Shown here: piece by piece, positions 19,201 through 28,043 of the stretch
How the letters are laid out: each line of letters starts with the position of its first letter
Numbering within the stretch: position 1 is the first letter of the stretch
Origin: a virus
Taxonomy: Duplodnaviria > Caudoviricetes
DNA: 33,874 nucleotides
IMG/VR virus record: IMGVR_UViG_3300020045_014472
Location: 1-33,874 of that record
Direction: 5' to 3' (one strand)
The notes under the pieces: generated by a model
The model's input: the letters and a program-made list of their open reading frames with translations, nothing else
What the model was told of the DNA's origin: nothing
Databases searched by the model: none
Translations under genes and position numbers: made by a program

Positions 19201-19239
19201 TGCAAATATTACTAAAATTATAGTTAGTAGTTTTTTCAT
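13243..19239 (-). CDS. Giant signal-peptide-bearing tail-fibre/adhesin-like protein (1998 aa)
   Basis: MKKLLTIILVIFAFIVNA|QD. Fibre motifs include YVPY...DVHLG, FLGLSDTPDSY, a knob-like SGFY...MQIA...IYWR...WKKFW, repeated GNVGIG and AGLMSATDKVKLD. Confidence 0.8.
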   Translation of the reverse strand: MKKLLTIILVIFAFIVNAQDITPLPSITIKKLISPNNPVFYYNTADSALWIFKGETGWLRIATNAQLQKYYVPYDNANKDVHLGDKTIKSVSFILDTTYTHTGNEEKGTLAWNEATQSVETHITDDLHLNNGEELWVPLCYNNTPDTIRNGRPVYVDGAYSSDPTIQLASNLTYPESRLIGVATQNIPPYTRGRVTRFGFANDVDLSGCTPGSNVYLGDKVLTHVRPMGGLFPVVIGKAIVCSSTGRLLVYPQTAEYTSEINNAYGWASYLQGEQTIISFVDGTRVFSIAPVSSTFYFYQAGLKYIKTGTQSITITDVEGLHIIYYDLGILSEMVNPSNSQIIDAIRNKVITSVIYWDATNKVSIYVSNERHTFHWPSWVHAYAHLAFGTQYNSGLSLTGITLGIGSVNADAQFGSDSGTISDEDIVTTTDAVLSTAGIPIYYRLGSGLGNWRRVTRAGYAFLNDGTTGLAMYNLYSGGTWSITTMTNNYYRLVHVFATNDIGTPNKIIAMSGVAQYSSATLAEAAVNNEIANIYNSNLPFAEVKHIGSLILHTKTGLGNTVNARYVAIPSKPAGENFYMDFRRSTIIGAGGGGGSGATSFLGLSDTPDSYAGQANKIFGVASGETGTEFKAVTATAAGTVNIPTGQQYQINGGSVIVDAINDGVTTTAPSQNIVFDGLASKEPTLIKGNLTESITGLQFDNTRQVIGGAADLSLTSGYGIPTTTQLGNIHVLDTDKQTISGSGSTLSGYQISLDRTGGTVTLPNEADGSVTNEGQLSTVGTTNNATIQSNTSGSNTLNIKGGGINQVSVSGNDITITGTEVNPTTLPTPYSATFNNSGTGDTTGSTFNGSAAKTISYNTIGAEPAFSKNTAFNKNFGTTAGTVLEGRTFDNFVYGSNQRATSLATVDNAIIKSGFYFSGDVSGGIGTKNLVHSNWEGGDNVWMQIANPYADANNIYWRNNDFGTISPWKKFWTEGNFNPTNYAPASGSGNYIQNQNSTGQDANFWINNVAKFARGASTSEYLTIQTVDGQTNFYHNEDTDDAAAGYGEFNFTNNAAANSAIPLFSLNNATGNKFKVFGDGTATFASTIQSTTAKLTNLTDGYLPYHISDASGLGNSPIYSDGTNAFINTISSDPHLHLGNTNNGYSGGLTVGYGNAITTKRVQSWIDYYQGVTDIYDSDDILKVRLHARGNSYINGGNVGIGTTAPAYKLEVNGGDVAIIGNNEAHLTIRSLYNNRAATTVYGQISTDIWHSGILYDGTDAVNQNYSIGTSNLLSSAKFTIQNDGNVGIGYTTETPITNNKLAVNGSGYFNGTIKSGYDTGSSVAQLVSVLNYSGEAGISYNGEYRWYTSPNGSLTKDGSYLSLKSFDNGSNAEAEIVKISGIGNIALPFGTINSTGYLLNGNNLFSSLSTNANAKWDGTKFVDGDVAPASGSTNYIQNQNASAQNANAFIAGFYQSSNVGESFRSINSTNSAYSTRFKNNGADAYFGIEDSNGSFFGANPFETVIYTSTPLFINNSIRTPSTIQATTAKLTNLTDGYLPYHISDTSGLGNSPIYTDGTNVGIGITSGFALARLKQNSAASYAGIWIESLSNTNALAIGHTGSYASISSQYSGTGSFTNLMLNENGGNVGIGTTSPWVKLYVNGSIGVPDNESMFFGHTADYNAYYALQYSSTLGGLNLAERGVADGRLFIKNGGNVGIGYSTGDEITNNKLAVNGSGYFATTLTAIASATIGQLGSGSDPYLYFANNASGAPRSISYGASNVDINFNSTAGTPVASISNGGNINSTGYLLNGNNLFSSLSTNANAKWDGTKFVNGDVGGYNTSALYTPSNRVFSVTDQNGTVSDTLTLATTSVAGLMSATDKVKLDEIVSSTMTSGWVGKWDGTKFVNFYNPAVQTLSGTTPTWNVNSGVNASITLTGATTITLSNLVAGTGGYLTVSNGGSTSYNITFAGYTVKVSRSVWKTGDQCYVSGGSKIDLFHWSYNGSILIISGTLDAQ
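13784..16290 (-). repeat. Degenerate tandem duplication (~1.2-1.3 kb units) inside the giant fibre gene
   Basis: Five conserved blocks recur in the same order in ~16290-14957 and ~14955-13784. Confidence 0.85.
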
Positions 19240-19241
19240 AA

Positions 19242-19922
19242 TTATTTCGATATTAAAATATAACCATTAATTAATTCTCCGGTTCCACTAAATAATACAG
19301 ACGTAATTAATCCGTCTGCCCTTGTTATTTGTGGGTCAATAGCCAATCTTGAATGTTTCCCTTCTTCTGTTTCTTGCCACACCTCAAATTTTGGATCCTC
19401 TTCATAATCTCTTCTGGGATTTATTACTGTTCCGTCCATACAAGTTACGTCTACACTGTAATCAGTAATAGAAGGTTGGGATACGGCTGTAAAACCTATT
19501 CTTTTTGAATTTGGGTCATTTGACCATAATATGTCGAGATTGTATTTATTTATGTTTGATAATGCTAATGGATGTAAAAATTGTAATTGTTCTGTTGTCA
19601 AGTAAGGTGCCCTTCCATTCCACACAGATTTACAAATAAATCCATCCATTCCAACTGTTGGACATTGGTATGTCATAAAATCATCAGAGACATCAATAGT
19701 ACCCGATCCTACAGCGATTATTCTGTAAACTGCCCCAATGTTGTCAACTAAGTAATAGCCTGTTAAAATAGCTGATAATGCCCCAGAATCGTTACCGTCA
19801 ATTACCTTAACTGATAATCTGAATGTGGCAGGATTTTCTCCGTTATCTTCAGTTAGGAGATACACGTCTAAACACAACGTTCTCCAACATACAGTTTCTT
19901 TATATCTTGTTGCGTTTAGCAT
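19242..19922 (-). CDS. Hypothetical, probably structural protein (226 aa)
   Basis: TAATG overlap with the upstream gene; lies inside the tail module. Confidence 0.75.
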   Translation of the reverse strand: MLNATRYKETVCWRTLCLDVYLLTEDNGENPATFRLSVKVIDGNDSGALSAILTGYYLVDNIGAVYRIIAVGSGTIDVSDDFMTYQCPTVGMDGFICKSVWNGRAPYLTTEQLQFLHPLALSNINKYNLDILWSNDPNSKRIGFTAVSQPSITDYSVDVTCMDGTVINPRRDYEEDPKFEVWQETEEGKHSRLAIDPQITRADGLITSVLFSGTGELINGYILISK

Positions 19923-20902
19923 TAATCAAAAAATAAGTTAATTCGTATTGCTAATGGAGTTGGAGCCAAACCTTCGATCATAACCACTGATCCGTCACCA
20001 TATGCTCCTGAATAGGCCGTATAAAATGGTTTTAAAAATCTTTCTCTTGTACCATCAACTGATTGTACCGTTACTTCTGTTATTTTCCTTCCCACTAAGT
20101 TATGAGTGATAGACAAATCTTTTCCTAATCCACCAGCAGCTGCCAAGACCCACCCTGTCGTTTCCCCTGTTCCACTCCATCCTAAAACTCTTCCAGCTAC
20201 AGTTGAATTTGCAGGTAATTCTATTTTGTAAGGAATCTGTCTTACGGTGGATAATCTTGTAATTTCCGTATCTGATATAAGCGATTTCCCTAATTCTTTT
20301 AAAACATACAATTCTAATGCTTCAGTTAAAATTGCAGAGGAAATGACATCTAATACTTCAAGTTTTGTTAGAATTGAATTTTTATCTTCGTCACCTGTAT
20401 TGGTCCCACTTGAATTTCCTGAACCACTTGGGGCACCAACTTCAGCTGCAGTAATATTGAAATTGCCATTTAATTGATGTCCATTTATGACATAAGATTT
20501 CAGTGCATAGAGAGATTCATCAACTACTCCAGGAATATTTAAATCAGTTCTTAATTGAGCTAACGTCTGGACCTCAGGAGGACCATTTCCAACCGTTTTA
20601 CGGTAGAATATTGTTCCGGTCGGGACATTAGCCTGTTTTGCTAATGTGACTGAACCATCCGATAAAACGAAGGCATTTACTGCTGCAGAATCAACATAAA
20701 TTTTGCCATCTACATCTATTTTTATTGTAATATTATCAATCAGGACAGAATTTGTCAGTGGAACCCAAGTCGATGAAGTCGTATTGTACCATTTCAATAA
20801 TGGGACGGTAAGGCTTGTATCCTTCCAAACGACATCAGTATTTGTCGGAGCAGATACTCCAACGAAAATTGCTTTTACTACTCCTAAATTTGTTGTCTTC
20901 AT
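19922..20902 (-). CDS. Short tail-fibre-like protein (326 aa)
   Basis: APTNTDVVW..D, DGSVTLAK, INGHQLNGNFNITAAEVGA and SGTNTGD motifs common in phage fibres. Confidence 0.6.
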   Translation of the reverse strand: MKTTNLGVVKAIFVGVSAPTNTDVVWKDTSLTVPLLKWYNTTSSTWVPLTNSVLIDNITIKIDVDGKIYVDSAAVNAFVLSDGSVTLAKQANVPTGTIFYRKTVGNGPPEVQTLAQLRTDLNIPGVVDESLYALKSYVINGHQLNGNFNITAAEVGAPSGSGNSSGTNTGDEDKNSILTKLEVLDVISSAILTEALELYVLKELGKSLISDTEITRLSTVRQIPYKIELPANSTVAGRVLGWSGTGETTGWVLAAAGGLGKDLSITHNLVGRKITEVTVQSVDGTRERFLKPFYTAYSGAYGDGSVVMIEGLAPTPLAIRINLFFD

Positions 20903-21198
20903 TATGACGGCTCCTCCATAATCAATTCTCCGTTAGCATTAATCGAAAAGTTCTTATCAGAATTTGACTGAACTATCAAATTACCTTTATTGTCGATAAA
21001 AAATTTAACATCTTCGTATCCTGATTGAATCACCCCTAATTCACTTTCTTTAAATGAAACCCCACCAATTGTAGTTTTCAAATTTGAAATAAATGCTACA
21101 ATAGAATCTAAAGCATTGGTGAAGAATGTAAATACTGATACATCCCCATTCAAGGAAGATACGACTGTAGACGTTGGGATTAATTTATTTTCGATCAT
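20902..21198 (-). CDS. Hypothetical protein (98 aa)
   Basis: Overlaps both neighbours; FFIDNKGNLIV/FSINANGELIM beta-hairpin repeat. Confidence 0.7.
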   Translation of the reverse strand: MIENKLIPTSTVVSSLNGDVSVFTFFTNALDSIVAFISNLKTTIGGVSFKESELGVIQSGYEDVKFFIDNKGNLIVQSNSDKNFSINANGELIMEEPS

Positions 21199-22358
21199 TT
21201 CTGAATAGGATAAAATATTGGTAATAAAATATTGCTTTGGTCAGGGATTATTGAGCCATCTTCATTTCTCATTATAAATCCCTTAATTCTTGGTAGTCTA
21301 TTCATTCTGACAGTTTTATCCACTGAAGGGGTAAAATAAATATCTGGAACATATCTAACCCCCTCTGTAGTCTTAACCGCCTGTAATAAATTATCCCACT
21401 CGACTTTCATCGTACGATCCCAGAATCTGAAATCAAGATATTTTGTCAAATTTATTTGGATTTGTTTCCTTACCTCATTTGGGTCATACGCTGGGTTTAT
21501 TTGCACCCTGAAATCCATTTCAATTTCTTCCCATAAAATCATTTCAAATTTTATCCCAATAGTATCCCCATATTGGTTCAAATCTGTTATTGGGAAATAT
21601 GGTGTAGCCTGAACTAGCAAAGAATCCAATTGATTTTGGTCAAGGCTTCCACCGGACTGTAAAACAATTCCTATTACTCTTTTACTTTCTTCATTATTCC
21701 CTAAATTGTAAATTTTTAAAATGTCAGGATTAAACCCTTGTAATATTTGTTCCAAATATGATATTGTGGATCTACTCATAATATTAAGATGTTTCTTAAT
21801 CCTAATTCTGAATAGTTCATCTGATTCAATATCTACCCCTCCAATGGCATAATATTCATTTGTGCAACCAATATGCCCAATTGGAATAGGGGAGACATTT
21901 ACAACTGAATTTGGTTCTGCATTCGTTTTTGATCCGGAATCTGTGCTCTTAACTTTTACATATCCCCAACCCAAAGAACTGATTGTAAAATCAGCTTCAA
22001 GTTCAAATTGTATTCCATTATAATTATTGAAGAAGTTTACTCCAGCCTCATAAAAAGTTCCAGGTGCTCCAACTACTCTTACGTAGGTTGAACTCCCAAT
22101 TGCAGTCGTTGTTCTTACCGGTGCTCCGAACAATGTTGCTGAACGATCTAAATAAACTCCGCTTGCTGATTCTGGAAATATGTGTGACTCAACAATAGCT
22201 ATATCTTTCAAACATTTTTGACCAACCTTTGCAACACCATATGCGGTAGCATTCAAAACTGAATTGTCCGAAATGTCTGTCACCTTATCAGTTTTGTTGA
22301 TAAATATTTCCAGCCACATTTGTTTCAGTTTTTCAACTGTCATTATTGTCGTTATCAT
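21195..22358 (-). CDS. Baseplate J-like wedge protein
   Basis: ASGVYLDRSA..FG..R and GGVDIESDELFRIRI motifs; position after the gp25-like gene. Confidence 0.88.
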   Translation of the reverse strand: MITTIMTVEKLKQMWLEIFINKTDKVTDISDNSVLNATAYGVAKVGQKCLKDIAIVESHIFPESASGVYLDRSATLFGAPVRTTTAIGSSTYVRVVGAPGTFYEAGVNFFNNYNGIQFELEADFTISSLGWGYVKVKSTDSGSKTNAEPNSVVNVSPIPIGHIGCTNEYYAIGGVDIESDELFRIRIKKHLNIMSRSTISYLEQILQGFNPDILKIYNLGNNEESKRVIGIVLQSGGSLDQNQLDSLLVQATPYFPITDLNQYGDTIGIKFEMILWEEIEMDFRVQINPAYDPNEVRKQIQINLTKYLDFRFWDRTMKVEWDNLLQAVKTTEGVRYVPDIYFTPSVDKTVRMNRLPRIKGFIMRNEDGSIIPDQSNILLPIFYPIQK

Positions 22359-24007
22359 ACTAAAATATTTTGTTGTAATGATTTACCAACCTTAGTTTTT
22401 ACTTGTATCTTCATAAAGACCTTGTCTTCCTGTTTTACGAAGTCTATTAATTCGAATTCGCTAAACCTTTCATCTTTCTGGAATATATTCATAAAGTTTC
22501 GGAATATAGAGGGGTAATTGAATACATTTGTATTCGACCCAACCAAATCATTTTCCTGTCCATCTTCAGGGAACTCAGGGATAGAACCTTTCTCAGTTAG
22601 CAATATTGTATCAAATGTCTGTAATAACGCATCGAACCCCTGAAGAGTCACAATATCTCCGCTGGATAATTCCATTTTTTTCTTCATGTCTTTTCCATAC
22701 ATTGAAGTTGGGTTCATTATATCAACTACATTCCTAAGTTCAAAATTAGAGGCATTTAATAACTTAACTTGAAATACTACCCCACCGATAGAAGAATAAT
22801 TTTCCTCATTTAAATCATTCTGAATTGCTAAATTTGCCCAATCATTTTCTTTATCAATGCTACCAAAATTCTGGATAACTTTTTCTATGCTCTCTCCTTG
22901 TTTTTGAATATGGACAGCAACTGTGCTCTGGGAATAAACATCCAACCTTGAACATCTCATCCACCTAGCCAAATTTATTGTTGTTTGAACTCTTAATTTG
23001 ATATTTTCATAAACATCAAGCAATTCCCAATGGCCTTCATTGATAAACACATTTGCATACATTTCCCATAGGCCATCTATCATTTTCATTTCGACGACCA
23101 TATAATCAATGTAAGTGAATGCATCTTTCACAATACTTTCCCCTTTATAATAGTTAGTAATTGCCCAAAGGTAAGTATCAACAAATTTCTTGTACATATC
23201 AAGGAACTTTTCCATGTTGTACTTAGTTATTTTTGCGAACTTACCTAAAGTGCTTCTTACCCCATTTATCTTTAGATCTTTCTTTAATTTTATTACTTTC
23301 GATATTTCAGATGAAATTCCTGCTTTTACTGAAGCTGTCGACATTAAATCAGAAGCAGAACTCCCCTTCTTTGAAGGCAAAAGGTCTTCCATATTTGCTA
23401 TCAAAGAAAGATTAAGGCTATATTCCCAGATCATGTTCTTGTCATAATCTTGAGATAATGTCAATCCCCCATTAGGCACCACACATAGGTAACTTTCTCC
23501 AAGAGCCATGTTATAAAGGAACAATCTCCTAGGCTCCCCATTACCATCAAGATTACCTGATTTATTAACTATTCTTTGTAGAATCTTTGTTGCTCCATAC
23601 CCTGTCTTCACAGAAGAATCAAATTCGGGAGTCTTCTTGGAAAAACTTCCGAAATTGTACCCATATCCATATTTTGGCTGCGATCTATCTGATCTTGAAA
23701 TCATTTTAAACCCCTTACCAAAATTCCCTTTTATCGTAAGATCATTTGGAGTTGGAGAGTCAGAATACAAAACTGTCACCCCAGAGGCAGATTTTTTTAT
23801 TGTTGTTCTATTATTTTCAACTTTGCTCATTTGGCTTGGCATAACCGGAAAAACAAAATATTCTTCTGTCCAGCCTCTTGAATCTACAAGTTCCAAAGCC
23901 ATAAGATAATACTCAAATTCTGATGGATATTTGGAATTCACTCCAGATACCCCCACATTTTTAAGTTCATCTTGGAATTTACTTTGATAACTTTTAGTCT
24001 GACCCAT
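22355..24007 (-). CDS. Baseplate protein: tube-initiator-like N-terminal domain, LysM-like segment and gp25/gpW-like sheath-initiator C-terminus (possible fusion)
   Basis: N-terminal FVFPVMPSQMS...LTIKGNFG; QKQGESIEKV...W..LAIQNDL (LysM-like); LLTEKGSIPEFPEDG...KDERF (gp25-like). Confidence 0.6.
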   Translation of the reverse strand: MGQTKSYQSKFQDELKNVGVSGVNSKYPSEFEYYLMALELVDSRGWTEEYFVFPVMPSQMSKVENNRTTIKKSASGVTVLYSDSPTPNDLTIKGNFGKGFKMISRSDRSQPKYGYGYNFGSFSKKTPEFDSSVKTGYGATKILQRIVNKSGNLDGNGEPRRLFLYNMALGESYLCVVPNGGLTLSQDYDKNMIWEYSLNLSLIANMEDLLPSKKGSSASDLMSTASVKAGISSEISKVIKLKKDLKINGVRSTLGKFAKITKYNMEKFLDMYKKFVDTYLWAITNYYKGESIVKDAFTYIDYMVVEMKMIDGLWEMYANVFINEGHWELLDVYENIKLRVQTTINLARWMRCSRLDVYSQSTVAVHIQKQGESIEKVIQNFGSIDKENDWANLAIQNDLNEENYSSIGGVVFQVKLLNASNFELRNVVDIMNPTSMYGKDMKKKMELSSGDIVTLQGFDALLQTFDTILLTEKGSIPEFPEDGQENDLVGSNTNVFNYPSIFRNFMNIFQKDERFSEFELIDFVKQEDKVFMKIQVKTKVGKSLQQNILV

Positions 24008-24046
24008 TGGAGCTTAATTATAAAAATATAAAATTAATAAAAATTT

Positions 24047-24985
24047 TCAAGCAGTAAAGGATTTTTCAGAATTTATTCCAGTAAAATCTTCAACGGATGT
24101 AATTAATTTTAACCCAGCGTCAATTGCTGCTGCATAAGCTGGTGCACCACCAGAAGCCGCCATTTTAGAATCTTCAAGGACTTTAACTACATCACTAAGT
24201 CTCTTTGACAAAACTTCTAACTCAGCTTTTAAAACATCACCCAATGGTATCGGACTTAATTGCTCACCTTTGAAAACATTAAAAATTGATTTTGGTGTTA
24301 GATTTATTTCCCCTTCTGTGTTAGAAGAAATTGAATTTCCGGTCTTATCCCTCATCTCGAACCCTTCATCGGTTAAAGACATTTCAGAATTTATTATTTC
24401 TTCTCCATTTTCAATTTTTACCTTTTGTATATTAACGGTATTTAAGGCTTTTACGGATGTCTTCCCCTCAGAATATAAGTTTATCTCACCAAAGCATTTT
24501 ACACTGAATTTAGCCGTATTATCCTTACCTCTGAGAGTTATAAATATATTACCCTCTCCAACATTAGAAGAATCAACATTTATGAATAATTCCCCAGATT
24601 TTCCCCTACCTTCGACACTAACATTGGCCATTTTAGAATGAACTTCTTTTTTGAAACTATATTCCTCAAGAAGCTGAGTTTCGTCTGCCTTTGAAATTAC
24701 TTCAGTTATTATGGGTATATTATAATGTTTAGGAACAATGAATGCAACGCAACTCCCCATCTGATCAGGTTCCTCAGGAAACAAAATTTCTCTAATTGCC
24801 GGACGAGATATGTAACAATTTTGAATTACTCCTCCACCGTCATCAAGTTGGATAGAAACTCTTTCTTTTCTATAACAAGTTTTGATATACATATCCCTAT
24901 CCACCCCACTAGGAATAGTAATATACCCAAAACCAACAGGGTGACTATAATTTGATTGATTTGACCTACTAATCCCTTCTCCCAT
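24047..24985 (-). CDS. Putative baseplate central spike (gpV/Gp5-OB-like)
   Basis: Follows the hub gene; FP...GSCVAF...PII OB-type motif, a beta-strand-rich middle and a PIPLGDVL..L C-terminal motif. Confidence 0.55.
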   Translation of the reverse strand: MGEGISRSNQSNYSHPVGFGYITIPSGVDRDMYIKTCYRKERVSIQLDDGGGVIQNCYISRPAIREILFPEEPDQMGSCVAFIVPKHYNIPIITEVISKADETQLLEEYSFKKEVHSKMANVSVEGRGKSGELFINVDSSNVGEGNIFITLRGKDNTAKFSVKCFGEINLYSEGKTSVKALNTVNIQKVKIENGEEIINSEMSLTDEGFEMRDKTGNSISSNTEGEINLTPKSIFNVFKGEQLSPIPLGDVLKAELEVLSKRLSDVVKVLEDSKMAASGGAPAYAAAIDAGLKLITSVEDFTGINSEKSFTA

Positions 24986-27900
24986 ACTTGTAGATGTTTA
25001 ATTGTTTGCGATGTAAAAAGAAATCAAATTGAACGTCGACTAATGAAAAATCAAAATTATCGTCGAACACGGTAGAAATTTTATTCACATTATTTAAAGA
25101 ATTTTGAGTGTTAATGATCCTTTCAGTCAAAGATTTTACAACCACTGATCCTGTTTCAACATAGGAGTAAGCAATTGAAAAATCATCGGCAGGGATAGAA
25201 GACATAACTGTAGTCTCTGCAACACCCGAATACCCCATCATGCCCAATTTTGTCTTCAATAAATAGAAATGAGAAGTCCACCCCAAAAATGCTTGAACAT
25301 TTGATTCCATAAAAGTTTCTATAGTCCAACCAGAATCCTGAGCCTCTTTAACTTTCGACAATAACATATCAAATCCAATCTCTTTGCTTGTATAGCTCAA
25401 TGTCGACTTTGAGATCGAGTTAACCAAATTTCCAGGATTATTTTTATTAAATGCATCCTCTATTTTATGGCCTAACTGGACAGAATAGTGTGTAGTAATT
25501 TCAACTGCATTACCATTAGTTATGACTCCAGGTTGGCTTGCTGTTGACCATTCACCCCAACCTCTTTGTTTCCATATTCTTGCAGCTTCTATGATATTAT
25601 CTTCAGCTACCAACATATTACCATTTTCATATGCTTCAGGGTGATACTTGCTATTTATTTGGAATAATCCAGAATCACTACCACCTCCTCTATTTAGATA
25701 TTCAGGTCTTATTGCAAGAGGATTCCCCTTGCTTTCTGCCATAATGACCCTCAAAGCATTTTCAACTTCTCCTGTTGGAAAATTTTCTGATACTAATGCC
25801 CTGTAATATTCTGTGGAAGAATTAATAGATAGGAAACCTGTCGTGGGATTTTGCTCACCTGAATTTTGATTAGATGATACTTTGTGGCTGGTCTTTGTGT
25901 CGATAACTGTCTTGGCAATATCAAAGTAACTGAACTTTTCTGGTTCCCCTACATTTTTTATTACGGCACCGTCAGCCTCATACCCATTAGCTCCATAAAT
26001 ATAATCTTCTATCATCCCCCGACTTACTTGTATCGTTGTAGATCTTTCCACTTTATCCTGAGAAAATGCCAAAGAATTAGAAACAGAATCAACATAAAAT
26101 ATTTCATTTGTTGGTTTAACTCTTATGAACATGCCTTTCTTTATTCTTCGGTCTCCTCGAGTCAAGGTTAGCGTCCCTCTGCGAGTAAAGGGTAAATATA
26201 CGTTTGTATCAATAACGTACTTCAAATCGTTCAAAAGTGCCCTTCTGTAATAATTTATGTCCATAGCAGACTCACTACCTTCAACAATATTTACAGACAA
26301 ATAATTATCAGGTATTACCAGCCTCTTATTGCCAAAACATTCAGCTATCCTAGAGAATGCTATTATTGGAATAAGGTTCCCAACCATCAAGGAAGTGTAT
26401 GCTCCTATCATAGTATCGTTTGGGGTTAATTGATACCAAGAATAGAAGGTATTATCAAATTGAAGGTTTCCGTACCCTTGTAAATCCTTTTCTTCAATGT
26501 CTATCATTTGATAATTTTTACCCTCAGTTTCTGACAACCTTTCAGAGTTTTCTATACCATTCAGGAAGGATACAATCATATCTTTATTGAATGGTGGTTG
26601 GCGTGCTACAATATTAAACTCGTCCCCATATGTATCCCCAAAGAATTCAACGAAAGGCATTTGGCACAATTTATTGAATTGATCGACTATTGTGCCGTCA
26701 ACAAATGAAATTGAAGTATCAACTACTCTCCTTTCAGACAAGGAACTATCCGACATTAATTTTATTATTTGCCAAACCCCCTGAACAAAATCTGATTCTA
26801 AAGTCGTTTCTCCCAGAGTTTCTGGGTCTTTACTATTTTCTTCTACTATATATTGAGTTGATCTTCTGTCCCTGTAAGCTGAAAATAAATCTTCACCTTC
26901 TAATACCCCAAGGTTTGACAGTTGGTTAACTATGAACCCCATTGTATCCTCAATTGTTCTAGCCGCATTTGGGAAAAAGTATGGAGAATATTTACCCCCA
27001 ATTTTACCTGAATCAAATTGCCTTCTGAACCATTTGCTATCCGGTTGCCACCCATACACTAACTGCTGTTTCCCCTCTGCTTGAAGTAATGCAATGTTCA
27101 TGAAATAACTTCCATCCTCAATTAATAATTTCATGAAATCTCGGCCGGTGACAGTAGTATCAGAAGTTGAAATTCCATACGATTGATTTACAGAGCAGGT
27201 ATCCACCAATCCAATCATATCCCAAACCTGACCTGGAAGGTTAGTCTTGTCTACTTCAAAATTATAAGCATTAGTCTTTAAGTTTTCATCTATCTTTAAT
27301 TTTTCAAATCTGATAAATACAAGATCATTATATTGGAAATTCTTGTAAAAGAATTCAAAATCATGTTTACCTTTATTATTCAAAAAGAAATAGTTTATGA
27401 CATTATTCGATTGAACTGATGTCAGTTCTTCAATATTTTTTACCGGACTAAGGTTGAAACTGAATTGACCTACATCTGATTTTTCTGTCGTCAGACTTGT
27501 TATGAATGGAGACACATCTACTATCTTATTCAAAGCTCTACTCCATAACCAAACTTGACAATTTTCCATCATTACTTCAATATCGAATCCGACACCTTTG
27601 TGCTTGGAAAGATTCTCTGCCCTAATATAATTAGGGTCATCCATCAACTTTTTTAACTTATCAGGATAAAAATATTGGAATTCTTTTTGTTCCAAGAATA
27701 GATTTTTGCCTTTAACCGCTATCAATTCAATCTTTGTAGAATCCTTTGGTAATGATAATACGGTGCTGGTATTCAATGGTAAATCTTTAACTTCATCTAT
27801 AGGCAAAATTGATCTTTCCCCATTTGCTATTAAATAGCAAAGATCATTGTATTTATCTCTCTGTAGGCTATCATATTTTGAAAAAATTGAATTAATATTG

Positions 27901-28040
27901 ATATCACCATTGAAACCTCTTAGTTTCAAAAAATCAATCATATCCTGACCTTCTACAACTGATTTATTCTTATTAAAGAATTTGCCAATAGTATCTTCTG
28001 TAGGATTGTTGTGGGTATATACTAAATAAGATTCTTGCAT
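24969..28040 (-). CDS. Baseplate hub protein with inserted lytic transglycosylase (SLT) domain
   Basis: Hub-like VTGRDFMKLL and PFVEFFGDT...ARQPPF. SLT motifs IMAESKGNPLA, GLFQIN and NIIEAARIW..RGWGEWS. Confidence 0.8.
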   Translation of the reverse strand: MQESYLVYTHNNPTEDTIGKFFNKNKSVVEGQDMIDFLKLRGFNGDININSIFSKYDSLQRDKYNDLCYLIANGERSILPIDEVKDLPLNTSTVLSLPKDSTKIELIAVKGKNLFLEQKEFQYFYPDKLKKLMDDPNYIRAENLSKHKGVGFDIEVMMENCQVWLWSRALNKIVDVSPFITSLTTEKSDVGQFSFNLSPVKNIEELTSVQSNNVINYFFLNNKGKHDFEFFYKNFQYNDLVFIRFEKLKIDENLKTNAYNFEVDKTNLPGQVWDMIGLVDTCSVNQSYGISTSDTTVTGRDFMKLLIEDGSYFMNIALLQAEGKQQLVYGWQPDSKWFRRQFDSGKIGGKYSPYFFPNAARTIEDTMGFIVNQLSNLGVLEGEDLFSAYRDRRSTQYIVEENSKDPETLGETTLESDFVQGVWQIIKLMSDSSLSERRVVDTSISFVDGTIVDQFNKLCQMPFVEFFGDTYGDEFNIVARQPPFNKDMIVSFLNGIENSERLSETEGKNYQMIDIEEKDLQGYGNLQFDNTFYSWYQLTPNDTMIGAYTSLMVGNLIPIIAFSRIAECFGNKRLVIPDNYLSVNIVEGSESAMDINYYRRALLNDLKYVIDTNVYLPFTRRGTLTLTRGDRRIKKGMFIRVKPTNEIFYVDSVSNSLAFSQDKVERSTTIQVSRGMIEDYIYGANGYEADGAVIKNVGEPEKFSYFDIAKTVIDTKTSHKVSSNQNSGEQNPTTGFLSINSSTEYYRALVSENFPTGEVENALRVIMAESKGNPLAIRPEYLNRGGGSDSGLFQINSKYHPEAYENGNMLVAEDNIIEAARIWKQRGWGEWSTASQPGVITNGNAVEITTHYSVQLGHKIEDAFNKNNPGNLVNSISKSTLSYTSKEIGFDMLLSKVKEAQDSGWTIETFMESNVQAFLGWTSHFYLLKTKLGMMGYSGVAETTVMSSIPADDFSIAYSYVETGSVVVKSLTERIINTQNSLNNVNKISTVFDDNFDFSLVDVQFDFFLHRKQLNIYKYGRRD

Positions 28041-28043
28041 TTT

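Noticed and set aside
11117-19239. A complete diversity-generating retroelement
   Set aside because: No reverse transcriptase, accessory gene or template repeat is visible. The fibre repeats differ mainly at synonymous positions, not specifically at adenines.
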